Source: an uncultured Bacillota bacterium
GTDB lineage: Bacteria > Sysuimicrobiota > Sysuimicrobiia > Sysuimicrobiales > Segetimicrobiaceae
Direction: 5' to 3'
DNA length: 64,000 bases
Assembly (NCBI GenBank): GCA_963804645.1
Contig: CAWDRG010000004.1
Location: 1-64,000, forward strand
Positions 1-9,232 of this stretch are shown piece after piece. The first letter of the stretch is position 1. Every line of letters begins with the position of its first letter. Both the position numbers and the translations under genes were made by a program. The notes under the pieces are model-generated. The model made no database searches. It had not been told where the DNA came from and saw only the letters and a list, made by a program, of their open reading frames with translations.

Positions 1-311
1 ACTACTTCGAAGCCATCCGCTCCCCCTGGAGGCCCGTGTGTTTCTCTCTGTTTGGGTGGCAATTAGCGAAAACCGGGCGATCTGTGGCTCAATGTGCGGG
101 TCGGACGGCAATATACGGCGTGCCTGGAGTTTAACGGCGGGACGACAAATTAGGATCGGTCCGGGCGCAACGCGAGCGAGAACAACACGCTGCTCTTGTT
201 CACCTGGTGGGCGTTCTAGCCGGACGGCTGTTGTTGACGGCGCGCCGGTTCCTTCGTCGTGCGCATCCGGCGTCGATCGGACGTCTGCGCGCCGGGCCGC
301 CGTCGCCAGGC

Positions 312-1886
312 TCAGGCGAGCCAGGACTGCTTCAGGAACATCCGCCGGCCCGAGAACGACTGCGTGTAACCGTGCACCCGGGCCGACAGCGCCTCGATGT
401 TGAACTTGGTGTAGTACCAATACGTGACCGCATCGGCGAGCAAGGTGCGCTGCGCCTGGTCGTAGAGCTCGATGCGCTCCGCGTGGTTGGCGGTGGTCCG
501 TGCCTGATCGAGCACCGCGTCGAGATGAGGGTTTCGGTAGGGCCCCGCGTTCAGCACGCCGGTCGAGTGGAAGAACGGGTAGAGATACCCGTCCGGATCG
601 GCGCGGAACGTCCACGCCGTAGCCGCGAGATCGAAGTTGAGCCCGACTTTGAGGAACGCGCCCCACTCCATCTGCTGCACGTTGACCGTCACACCGATCG
701 CGCGCGCGGCGTCCTGCAGGACCAGGGAGGAGGCGACAAACTCGGGATACTGCGGCGAGCAGTTGATGGTGACCGTGAAGCCACCGCCGGGGTGGCCCGC
801 CTCGGCGAGGAGCCGGCGGGCGGCGTCGAGGTCCGGCTTCTGGTAGGGCAGCGTCTCCGGGGCGAGCGCCCATCCGTCGAATCCCGTCGGCAGCGGGCCG
901 GTGGGAATCCCGGCCCCGAACACCGACTTCCGGATCACGTCCCGGGTGTCCACCGCCATCCGGAGCGCGCGGCGAACCCTCGCATCGTCGAGCGGCTTCT
1001 TGGAGACGTTGATGCGGTGCGCCGCAGCCCACGCGAACGGCGACTGGAGCACCACGACCGCCCCGGTCCGGCCCACCTGGCGGACGCCCTCCGGGCTCAG
1101 GACCGCGTACTGCAGTTGGCCGCTGCGCAGTCCGCTCAGGCGCGCCGCCTCTTCTGTGAGCACCTTGAATTGGAGCCCGTCGAGGTACGGCAGCGGGCGA
1201 TCCCAGTACTGGTCGAAGCGTGCGTACGTCAGGTGGTCCTGCGGGACGTACTCGACCAGCTTGAACGGGCCGGTGCCGACGGCCTGGACTTTGAGGTTCT
1301 CACGTTCCGCGATCCCCCGCGGGACGACCCCCGACGCGCGCAGCGACGCGAACTCACTCAAGAGGCCGTAGTACGGCTCGGTGAGCGTGAGCTGAACCGT
1401 CAGCGGGTCGATGACCCTGACGTCCTTGATCACGGCGAACACGTTCTGAAACGGGGAGGCCGTCTTCGGGTCCAGCACCCGGTTGATGCTGTACTGCACG
1501 TCGTCCGCGGTCATCGCCTGTCCGTTGTGAAACCGCACGCCCTCGCGCAGGTGGAACGTATAGGTCATCCCGTCCGGGCTGATCTCCCACCGCGTGGCGA
1601 GCGCGGGGACGACATTCATCTTTTCGTCGTAGCTCGTGAGGCCCTCGTACGCGTGCTCGTACCCCTGCAGCGCCGAGAGGTTCGAGTTCGTGTGCGGGTC
1701 CAGGCTGATCGGGTCGACCTCCTGCGCCCCTAACAGCGTGCCGCCGCGCGTCGGCGCGCCTCCGGGCAGCGTGGCTGCGAGCGTGCCTTCGCGCGGCGGC
1801 CATCCTGCCAAGAAGGCGCCGGTGGCGAGCCCCGCGCCGAGGAATCGTCGGCGACTGACGCGCCGCGAACCGTGGTGGGTCGACAT
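312..1886 (-). CDS. ABC transporter substrate-binding protein, peptide/nickel family 5, Tat-exported
   Basis: SRRRFL twin-arginine signal; LDPH, YTFHLREGVRFHNG and GTGPFKL motifs typical of DppA/OppA-family SBPs; no permease genes adjacent within the window. Confidence 0.9.
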   Translation of the reverse strand: MSTHHGSRRVSRRRFLGAGLATGAFLAGWPPREGTLAATLPGGAPTRGGTLLGAQEVDPISLDPHTNSNLSALQGYEHAYEGLTSYDEKMNVVPALATRWEISPDGMTYTFHLREGVRFHNGQAMTADDVQYSINRVLDPKTASPFQNVFAVIKDVRVIDPLTVQLTLTEPYYGLLSEFASLRASGVVPRGIAERENLKVQAVGTGPFKLVEYVPQDHLTYARFDQYWDRPLPYLDGLQFKVLTEEAARLSGLRSGQLQYAVLSPEGVRQVGRTGAVVVLQSPFAWAAAHRINVSKKPLDDARVRRALRMAVDTRDVIRKSVFGAGIPTGPLPTGFDGWALAPETLPYQKPDLDAARRLLAEAGHPGGGFTVTINCSPQYPEFVASSLVLQDAARAIGVTVNVQQMEWGAFLKVGLNFDLAATAWTFRADPDGYLYPFFHSTGVLNAGPYRNPHLDAVLDQARTTANHAERIELYDQAQRTLLADAVTYWYYTKFNIEALSARVHGYTQSFSGRRMFLKQSWLA

Positions 1887-1918
1887 CGATGCCCTCCAGG
1901 CGTGGCGGATGCCTTGCG

Positions 1919-2722
1919 CTACCGTTGCGCGTCCGCGGACGGAGTCGCCTTGGCCGCGCTCGGATCGCGTTGTGCGCCGTCAACAGGGATGTGGGCGCCG
2001 TTCACCCAGCCGGCGCGCGGCGACAGGAGGAACGCCGCGACGTCGGCGACCTCTTCAGCCGTGCCGAGCCGTTCCCACGGAAACTCGTTGCGCACGAACG
2101 CCTCGAACCGCTCAGGCTGTTGGCGCTGGACCCGGTCCCATCCACCGCCCGGGAACAGGATCGACCCCGGGCTGAGCGTGTTGATCCGGATCCGGCGGGG
2201 GGCCAGTTCCTGCGCGAGCGCGCCCGCGAGGAAGATCTCGGCGGCTTTCGCGGCGCCGTACTGCGCGCGCGGGCCCGGCTTCCATCCGGAGATCGAGGAG
2301 ATGATGACGATGCTGCCCCGTCCATCGTCGGGCATGTGCGCGACGGCGGCCTGGACCGCCCGGACCGCATGTCCGACGTTCAGATCGAAGGTTTGAAGCC
2401 ACTCCGCGGGGCTCGCGGTGAGGGAGTCACCGCCGGCCGCGCCCCCGACGTTGGCGACCACGTGGTGAATCGCCCCGAATGTCTCGACCGTCGACGCGAC
2501 GAACTGTTGGAAGGCCCCGTCGTCCGTGACGTCCGCCGCGCGTCCGTGCACCCGCACGCCGAGTGCGCGGAATTCGGCACCCGCGTCCTCGATACCCTGC
2601 GGGTCGCGGGCGCATAGGGCAAGGTGGCAGCCCTCCCCGGCCAGGACCCGGCAGATGGCCCTCCCGATGCCCCGCGTACCGCCCGTGACGAGCGCGACGT
2701 GTCCCGTCAATCCGAGATCCAT
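1919..2722 (-). CDS. SDR family NAD(P)-dependent oxidoreductase
   Basis: TGGTRGIG Rossmann motif, YGAAK catalytic YxxxK, C-terminal VDG. Confidence 0.92.
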   Translation of the reverse strand: MDLGLTGHVALVTGGTRGIGRAICRVLAGEGCHLALCARDPQGIEDAGAEFRALGVRVHGRAADVTDDGAFQQFVASTVETFGAIHHVVANVGGAAGGDSLTASPAEWLQTFDLNVGHAVRAVQAAVAHMPDDGRGSIVIISSISGWKPGPRAQYGAAKAAEIFLAGALAQELAPRRIRINTLSPGSILFPGGGWDRVQRQQPERFEAFVRNEFPWERLGTAEEVADVAAFLLSPRAGWVNGAHIPVDGAQRDPSAAKATPSADAQR

Positions 2723-3027
2723 GGCTCGCGTGTCCTCGCTTGCGCGGCGGCAGATCGGATCACCGTTCGCGCTGTTGCGACGTTCGCGACGCTGTCGGGC
2801 GATCCTGCCCGAACCGCGCGCCGGTTGATTCGAAGGCGTCCGACTCAGACGTGCCGAACTAGGGGTGAGGATCCGTGGGTTGGGCGGTCACCGTGCTGAT
2901 TTGCATATACTCTGTCCGCCCGATAGGCGCGCCGAACGCCTCTGGGTATGATTCGTGACAATTAGGAGCACCGCAGCGAAAAAGTGTGCCAGTTCGGCAC
3001 AGGAGTGCATTGGGGGGAGACAGAACC

Positions 3028-4494
3028 ATGGCGAGTGGTTCTGGCCCTGGAAAGTGCTCGAGGACGCCTGCAGCCGTTCTAATCGACTTTCTGCGCTCGT
3101 TCGTGACCCCGCGCGCCGTCCTCCTCTCGATTCTCGGCCTCGCTGCCGTGTTCGTGTTGGCCCCCCGCGCCGACGCGCTGCCGAGCTTCGCGGGGCAGAC
3201 TGGGCTGCCGTGCAGCGCCTGTCACGTCGGGGGGTTCGGACCTCAGCTCACGCCGTTCGGCATGAATTTCAAGGCAACGGGCTACACGATGGGCGGGGGC
3301 ACCGGCACCTGGTCGAAGATTCCGCTCAACCTCCAGTTGGAGCCGAGTTACACCCAGCTCGCGACGGCCCGGCCGACCGCCCCGACGGGGTACGGCACGA
3401 ATAACTTCACCACGCCGGGATGTGCCTCGTTCCTGGTCGCCGGCGGCAAGACCTACAACAACGGCACATTCGGCATCGGCGGCGTCGAAAAAGTATGGAT
3501 GAATCTGAGCAACGCGTTTGTCGCTCAGACGGGCACCATCCTGTCCGAGGGCCCCTCGGACCTCAAGCTGACCAACCCTACCACCCTGCACGGTGCGCCG
3601 CTCGTGTGGGGCTTCGATGCGAACAACAAGACAACCGAGGGCGATCCCTACAATACCCTCTATGGCTACGTGTATCCCTACATCAGCGGCACGAACACCG
3701 TGTCCCCGGGCACGAGCCTCAAGATGAGCGGGCTCGGCAACACCGTCTACGGACTGAGCCTGTTCGCGCTGTGGAACAACGAGATCTACGTGCAGGCGGG
3801 GGTCTACGGGACGTGGAGTTCGCAATTCATGACCACGATCGGCAAGAGCCCCTCAAGCGTGGGGTACATCCAAGGCAGCGCACCGTATTTCCGGCTCGCG
3901 TGGCAGCACTCGTGGGACACGAACTTCCTCGAGGTCGGCGGGGTGTTCATGAATATCCCACTCGGGCAGATCTCGGGGATCCCCAACCCGGCGGCGCAGA
4001 ACACCTATACCGACTGGGGGTTTGATGCGACGTACCAGCGAACGATGGGGCCCGGCATGTTTGCGGCGACCAGCAACCTGCTGTTCGAGAGTCAGAGCCT
4101 GGGCGCATCCTTCGGCGCCGGCAAGTCCACGTACTCCTCCGACTCGCTGACCCAGTTCCGCATCGCCACGTCCTATTGGTGGCTGCAAAAGTACGGCGTC
4201 GTCCTGGCCTACACCGCGACCACCGGGAGCAGCGATCCGAAGTTGTATCCCTCCGCGGCGCTCACGGGGTACGCAAATGGCAGTCCGAACTCGCAGGCGA
4301 TCATCGCGGAACTCGATTGGTCGCCCTGGGGCGCCGACACCGATCACACCGGCTATCCCTGGCTGAATATGCGCGTCGGGCTGCAGTACACGTACTACAT
4401 TCAGTTCAACGGCGGGACGACGAACTACGATGGGCACGGGCGCAACGCGAGCGACAACAACGTGATCATGCTGTACACGTGGTTCTCGTTCTAA
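3028..4494 (+). CDS. cyc2: Cyc2-like outer-membrane monoheme cytochrome c-porin fusion
   Basis: Signal peptide ending ADA, then LPSFAGQTGLPCSACH..PQLTPFGMNFKATGY (CXXCH at 3211-3225), matching the Cyc2 N-terminal heme domain; beta-strand-rich body; C-terminus QYTYYIQFNGGTTNYDGHGRNASDNNVIMLYTWFSF ends in Phe like outer-membrane barrels; GGGGAG RBS before ATG 3028. Confidence 0.82.
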   Translation: MASGSGPGKCSRTPAAVLIDFLRSFVTPRAVLLSILGLAAVFVLAPRADALPSFAGQTGLPCSACHVGGFGPQLTPFGMNFKATGYTMGGGTGTWSKIPLNLQLEPSYTQLATARPTAPTGYGTNNFTTPGCASFLVAGGKTYNNGTFGIGGVEKVWMNLSNAFVAQTGTILSEGPSDLKLTNPTTLHGAPLVWGFDANNKTTEGDPYNTLYGYVYPYISGTNTVSPGTSLKMSGLGNTVYGLSLFALWNNEIYVQAGVYGTWSSQFMTTIGKSPSSVGYIQGSAPYFRLAWQHSWDTNFLEVGGVFMNIPLGQISGIPNPAAQNTYTDWGFDATYQRTMGPGMFAATSNLLFESQSLGASFGAGKSTYSSDSLTQFRIATSYWWLQKYGVVLAYTATTGSSDPKLYPSAALTGYANGSPNSQAIIAELDWSPWGADTDHTGYPWLNMRVGLQYTYYIQFNGGTTNYDGHGRNASDNNVIMLYTWFSF

Positions 4495-4560
4495 GGGGGA
4501 GGTTCCGGACTGAACAGAGAACCGTGAGATTAGAGATCCGTGAGATTGCGGAGGGCAGCA

Positions 4561-6043
4561 ATGAACCGGGGCCGGTGGACGCTTACTTTGATGATCGCGG
4601 CCGCGTTGGCCGTCGGGGCGGGAGCGCCCTCCGCGCGCGCGGGTGCCGCGGCGTCACTTGCGGTGACGCCTGCGCAGGGGCCGGTCGGGACGCACGTCCA
4701 GGTCGCCGGTACCGGCTACGCGCCCCGGGCGTCGGTGACGTTTGTCTGGCAGACGGCGAACGGCAGTTACCGGACGCAGGTAAGCCCGTCCGGCGTGAAT
4801 TTCTTCGGATACGCGTACGATCCCGCGCAGACCACGCTCGGCAGCGCGGTGGCGGACTCCCAGGGGCGGGTGGCGGCGTCATTCGCGATCCCGGAGGACA
4901 TCGGCGGCGCGCACCTGATCGCGGCCGTCGCGGGGCAGCAGCCGGTGGCGCAGTCGGCCTTCCGAGTCGTGTTCGGCGCGACGATGACCCCGCTGAGCGG
5001 CCCGGTGGGCACGCCGATCGAGGTCACGGTCCATGGACAGGGCCCGGACCCGTGGAGCACCACGGCGGTGCGCTACGACAACCACTTCACTGGGTTCGTG
5101 TCCGCGGTGACGACACATGGGACAGCGCACGCCCGCTTCCTGGCGGCCGGCGGGCCAGGGCCGCACGTCATTCAACTCAGCAGTGCCTCCAACGCGACGC
5201 CGTATCTGAACGCGCAGGAGGGCCCGGGCTTCCTGCTTCGCCATCTCTCCTTGGACCGGTCCTGGACGTTTACCGTGACGGGGAACACCGCGGTGCCGCC
5301 CAACCGGCTGGACTGGCCGGCGGAGAGCCGGGTGGCCCGGCTCGCACAGGATGCTCCCGGGCGATGATCCCGCCCGGAGGTCAGCCCGCGCCTGGGGTCT
5401 CGCTGCTCCCGACGCCCGCGTCCGGGCCGGTGCTGTCCCACGTCGATCTGACCGCCAAAGGGCTGCAGCCCCGTAGCCAAGTGCAGGTCGTGTGGGTCAC
5501 GATGGGCCAAGGCAACCGGATGACGGGGATGTCGCCGGTCACGACGAGTCCGCTGTTCGCCACCGCCGCCAAACCGGACGGGACGCTCAGCGGCCAATTC
5601 ACCGTGCCCGAGGACCTGGGCGGGTGGCACCTGATCGAGCTCGTGCAGAACGGTAAGGCGCTGAGCTCTGCCCCGTACTTCGTCACGCGAAGCTTGGTCG
5701 CGGTGGCCCCGACCCGCGTCAAGGCGGGCCAGCAATTCAAGGTGGAGATCAAGGGGATCGGCTGGACCGAGATCGACAACGGCGTCGCGGTTAACTACGA
5801 CAATGCGTACGAGGGATATGCGTGCGGATTCAACAGCCGCGGCGACGTCACGCTCTACCTGACGGCGACCGGGGCGCCGGGAGTGCACCTGATCGACCTC
5901 TACCCGATGCTGTACCAGGGACACGGCCAGCCGCCCTGGACGTATCAGGTGCCGCAGCTGACGGCGCTCGAGGACGGTCCAGGCCTCGGCGCTCGGCTAC
6001 GGGCTTCCGATCGTGCGACGTCGCCGTCACGGTCGTGCCGTAA
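4561..6043 (+). CDS. Exported beta-rich protein with an internal duplication (about 490 aa), interrupted by apparent frameshifts near 5357, 5990 and 6017
   Basis: Signal peptide; two halves share GPV..., F.IPEDIGGAH / FTVPEDLGGWH and YDN...G.PG.H.I motifs; the second half lies in the frame of ORF 4176..7136 and a plausible end VAVTVVP* lies at 6043. Confidence 0.65.
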
Positions 6044-6062
6044 GCCCGTCGTTGGACCTCGG

Positions 6063-7136
6063 GTGACGGCGGGAGGCAGCGCGGCGGCCGCGGGACGACT
6101 GACACGACCGGGCACTGCCGGCGTGGGTGCGGTGACGTTATGTGCCTGCCTCGCGGCGGGCGCGCTGCTTCTCTGGTGGGCGGCGTTCGGTCCGATCGCG
6201 GCGGCATCCGCTGCGGCGACGGCGGGCACGGGCACGGCTGGCGAGATCCGGGGCACGGTGTTCGTTCGCTCGTTCCCGGCGCATCCGGTGGCGGGCCAGC
6301 GCGTGCGCCTCGAGATCGTCGAGCGCGGATCCACCTCGACGCGGGACACGACGGCCGATCCGCAGGGCCGCTTTACGTTTGCCGGCCTCCCGCTCGGCGG
6401 GCTGCGCGTGTTCCTGGTGCAGGTGGACTATCGCGGAGTGCCCTACACGCGCCGCGTCGAGTTGACGCCGGCGGCGCCCACGAGCGACGTGCCGTTCGCC
6501 GTCTTCGAGTCCACCGAGGACCGGGCGGCGGTGCACGGGACGGTGGCGTTCGGGGTCCTCGAGCCCCTGCAGCGCGGACTGCGCGTCAGCATCATTCAGC
6601 GCCTGGAGAATGACACCGACCGCGCCGTGGTGGTGACCGAGGAGGATCCGCTCGTGTTCCCGCTCCCGGACGTGTCCCCGAGCCCGCGGGGGACCGAGCC
6701 GGTCGAGTTCGTCGGCGGATGGCACGACCCACAGGCGGTGCGCGGCGCGATCACGGATGCGATTCCCGTGCTGCCCGGCGTCATGGAGGTTGCGTACGCG
6801 TTTGGGTTCGAACCGCGCGCCACGTCGGCGACGCTGCGGTGGCGATTTCCGTACGGCGCGACGGACGTGGAGTTGCTCGTGGCCGCGGACCGCGGCATCG
6901 GGGTGTCCGGGAGCGACCTGCACGCCGCCGGCGCGGTGACCGAACGCGGACAGCGCTACGCGCGGTGGTCCGGCGGTCCCGTGAATCCCGGCGCGGCGGT
7001 CTCGGTGCGACTCGACGGGCTGCCGGTGTTCGCGGACCACTGGCCCGAGATCGTCGCGGGCGTGTTTGCGCTTGCCCTCGCGTGCGGCCTGGCGGCGGCG
7101 TTGCGCCGAACGCCCGCGCCGGTGGCCGCACGATGA
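6063..7136 (+). CDS. Membrane-anchored protein with carboxypeptidase-regulatory-like (Ig-like) domain, paralog 1; start uncertain
   Basis: N-terminal hydrophobic signal, VRLEIVERGSTS..TADPQGRFTFAGLP, C-terminal TM; clearly similar to 11565..12542. Confidence 0.7.
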   Translation: MTAGGSAAAAGRLTRPGTAGVGAVTLCACLAAGALLLWWAAFGPIAAASAAATAGTGTAGEIRGTVFVRSFPAHPVAGQRVRLEIVERGSTSTRDTTADPQGRFTFAGLPLGGLRVFLVQVDYRGVPYTRRVELTPAAPTSDVPFAVFESTEDRAAVHGTVAFGVLEPLQRGLRVSIIQRLENDTDRAVVVTEEDPLVFPLPDVSPSPRGTEPVEFVGGWHDPQAVRGAITDAIPVLPGVMEVAYAFGFEPRATSATLRWRFPYGATDVELLVAADRGIGVSGSDLHAAGAVTERGQRYARWSGGPVNPGAAVSVRLDGLPVFADHWPEIVAGVFALALACGLAAALRRTPAPVAAR

Positions 7137-7245
7137 TGCGGGTGCGCGCCGCGATTTGCGAAGGACAACGCGGCACCTTGGAGAAGTGCATATCAGCGGT
7201 CTCGTTGTACGGCACGATGGGCATGTCCGAGTGAGGGAGATGACG

Positions 7246-7770
7246 ATGATGCGAAGTGGATGGGCTTCGATGCGCGGGCGATGGATCGCACTCGTATGTC
7301 TGGGTATCCTGGTGTCGGCGTGGGCGGGACCCGGACACGGCACGCCGGCCTCGCAGACGCGGGCGACCTACGACGCGCTCCCTGTCGAGACGGCGCTCGC
7401 GGCGTCCCCGCAGCCCGGCGCCGCCGTGTACGGGCAGTTCTGCGCGGCCTGTCATCAGGCGGCCGGCCAGGGAATGCCGGGCGCGTTCCCGCCCCTTGCC
7501 AAGGATCCCATCGTCAACGGCGATCCGGACTACGCGGTCCGAGTCGTGCTGTACGGCCTGCAGGGGCGCGTGTCGATCAACGGACAGACGTACAACAGCG
7601 CCATGGCCGGACTCGCCGGTTCGATGACCGACGAGCAGATCAGCCAGGCCCTGACCTACGTCCGCAGCTCGTGGGGCAACAACGCTCCGGCCGTGAGCGC
7701 CGACGCCGTGAAAGCGCAGCGGGCGATCCCGGGCACGCCGCAAGACAACGCGGCCAAGCATCCCAAGTAG
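7246..7770 (+). CDS. Class I monoheme cytochrome c
   Basis: Signal peptide, CAACHQAAGQGMPGAFPPLA, distal Met (SAMAG), LTYVRSSWGN; RBS GAGGGAG. Confidence 0.92.
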   Translation: MMRSGWASMRGRWIALVCLGILVSAWAGPGHGTPASQTRATYDALPVETALAASPQPGAAVYGQFCAACHQAAGQGMPGAFPPLAKDPIVNGDPDYAVRVVLYGLQGRVSINGQTYNSAMAGLAGSMTDEQISQALTYVRSSWGNNAPAVSADAVKAQRAIPGTPQDNAAKHPK

Positions 7771-7860
7771 CGCTGCGGGCGCGCCTCGACGCGGTCGCGT
7801 ACTCCGCGCGCGGCGGACCGCGGAACGGCTCGCGGCTCGCCGCGCCGGGGGAGTCCGTCG

Positions 7861-7889
7861 TTGAAACGCCAATCGGCGTCTGTTATCGT
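7861..7889 (+). promoter_or_regulatory. Sigma70-type promoter of the ccm operon (probably leaderless)
   Basis: TTGAAA-N17-TATCGT with TGn extension, 9 nt before GTG 7899; no Shine-Dalgarno. Confidence 0.55.
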
Positions 7890-7898
7890 TAGTTTGAC

Positions 7899-8588
7899 GT
7901 GATGACACACCGACGTGTCCCCGGATCATCGGACGCCCTGCTCGCGTGGGCGTGCTTCGCCGTGATGCTGCTCGCCCTGTACGGGGCGTTCGTGTACGCG
8001 GCGCGGGAAGCCGTGATGGGGGACATCCAGCGCATCTTCTACGTGCACCTGCCGCTCGCGTGGGTGGGCTTCGTCGCGTTTGGGCACGCGGCGTGGGCGG
8101 GCGTCCAGTATCTTCGCACGGGACGGCGCGAATGGGACATCGCGAGCGCCTCTGCGGCGGAGGTCGGCGTGCTGTTCGCGACGCTCGTGATCATCACCGG
8201 GTCCCTGTGGGCGCGCCCGGTGTGGGGCACCTGGTGGACGTGGGACCCGCAGCTCGTGACGTACCTGATCCTGTGGCTGATCTACGTCGGGTACCTCGTG
8301 CTGCGCGCCGCGGCGGGCGACGACCCGCGGCAGGCCAGGTTCGCGGCGGTGTTCGCGATCGTGGGCTTCGTCGACGTGCCGCTCGTGTGGCTGTCGGCGC
8401 GCTATCTGCGGGCGCTCAGCCCGGTCGTCTTCACGATGCACAGCGTCGGGCTCGCCCCGTCCATGGTGTGGGCGCTGCTGGCCGGGCTGGTCGCGTGGAG
8501 CCTCCTGTACGTGCTGCTCGTGCGCACGAGGATCCGCCTCGGCATCCTCGACGCCCGCGTGCAGGCGCTGACCGATGCGCGCGCCTAG
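7899..8588 (+). CDS. ccmC: Cytochrome c biogenesis heme exporter CcmC
   Basis: RIFYVHLP and WGTWWTWDPQL (WWD domain), multiple TM helices. Confidence 0.9.
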   Translation: MMTHRRVPGSSDALLAWACFAVMLLALYGAFVYAAREAVMGDIQRIFYVHLPLAWVGFVAFGHAAWAGVQYLRTGRREWDIASASAAEVGVLFATLVIITGSLWARPVWGTWWTWDPQLVTYLILWLIYVGYLVLRAAAGDDPRQARFAAVFAIVGFVDVPLVWLSARYLRALSPVVFTMHSVGLAPSMVWALLAGLVAWSLLYVLLVRTRIRLGILDARVQALTDARA

Positions 8589-8591
8589 ACC

Positions 8592-8747
8592 ATGACGTAT
8601 CTCTTCTGGGCGTTTGCGGTGGTGTGGGTCGGGCTCTTCGTCTACCTCTACGGACTCACGCAGCGGAGCCGGCGGCTTGAGCACGAGCTCGACGCCCTGC
8701 GCGAGGAGCCCCGCACGGCCGCGCCCTCCGACGGAGCGCCCCGGTGA
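8592..8747 (+). CDS. ccmD: CcmD family small membrane protein (51 aa, absent from the ORF track)
   Basis: MTYLFWAFAVVWVGLFVYLYGLTQRSRRLEHELDALRE; lies between ccmC and ccmE with GTGA overlap. Confidence 0.8.
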   Translation: MTYLFWAFAVVWVGLFVYLYGLTQRSRRLEHELDALREEPRTAAPSDGAPR

Positions 8748-9205
8748 GCTCCCTGCAGCCGGCCGCGCCCGATCCGCGCCCCCGGACTCTGGGACGGAGC
8801 GCCCGCCGTACGGCGGTGTTTGTGATCGGGACGATCGTGCTCATCCTTTCGCTCGCGTACCTCGTGTACGGGGGCATTCAGCAGGGGGCCACGTACTGGG
8901 TCACCGTCAGCGAGCTCCAGCAGCGGGCGCCCGGGACGCTGCCGGCCCGGGTGCGCCTCGGCGGGACCGTGCAGCCCGGCACGATCCGGTGGGACGCGTC
9001 CCACCGGCATCTCACGTTCATGGTCACCGACGGCCAGCACGCGCTGCCGGTCGCGTACAGCGGGGTGGTTCCGGACATCTTCGCGGAGGGCCGTCAGGTC
9101 GTGGTCGAGGGGACGCGCGACCCCGGCGGCACGTTCCAGGCGACGACGCTGCTGGCGAAATGTCCGACGAAGTACAACGCGGCGGATCCGGCGCCCTCGC
9201 AGTGA
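8744..9205 (+). CDS. ccmE: Heme chaperone CcmE, Cys-type (CPTKY)
   Basis: VRLGGTV, YSGVVPDIFAEG.VVVEG, LLAKCPTKY. Confidence 0.92.
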   Translation: MSSLQPAAPDPRPRTLGRSARRTAVFVIGTIVLILSLAYLVYGGIQQGATYWVTVSELQQRAPGTLPARVRLGGTVQPGTIRWDASHRHLTFMVTDGQHALPVAYSGVVPDIFAEGRQVVVEGTRDPGGTFQATTLLAKCPTKYNAADPAPSQ

Positions 9206-9232
9206 CGCGCCTCCGCCGCCGGCGAGCCGGCT

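Noticed and set aside
1..311. Coding or RNA feature at the window start
   Set aside because: ORF 38..403 has no motif and overlaps the SBP gene end; no recognisable RNA structure
2880..2912. FNR box or sigma54 promoter upstream of cyc2
   Set aside because: CTGAT-N4-ATATA is a poor match to TTGAT-N4-ATCAA, and the GG-N10-GC spacing is not met
4176..7136. 986-aa ORF as one protein
   Set aside because: Its first about 395 aa are an off-frame shadow of cyc2 and the next gene; the rest joins two separate genes through apparent indels near 5990-6017
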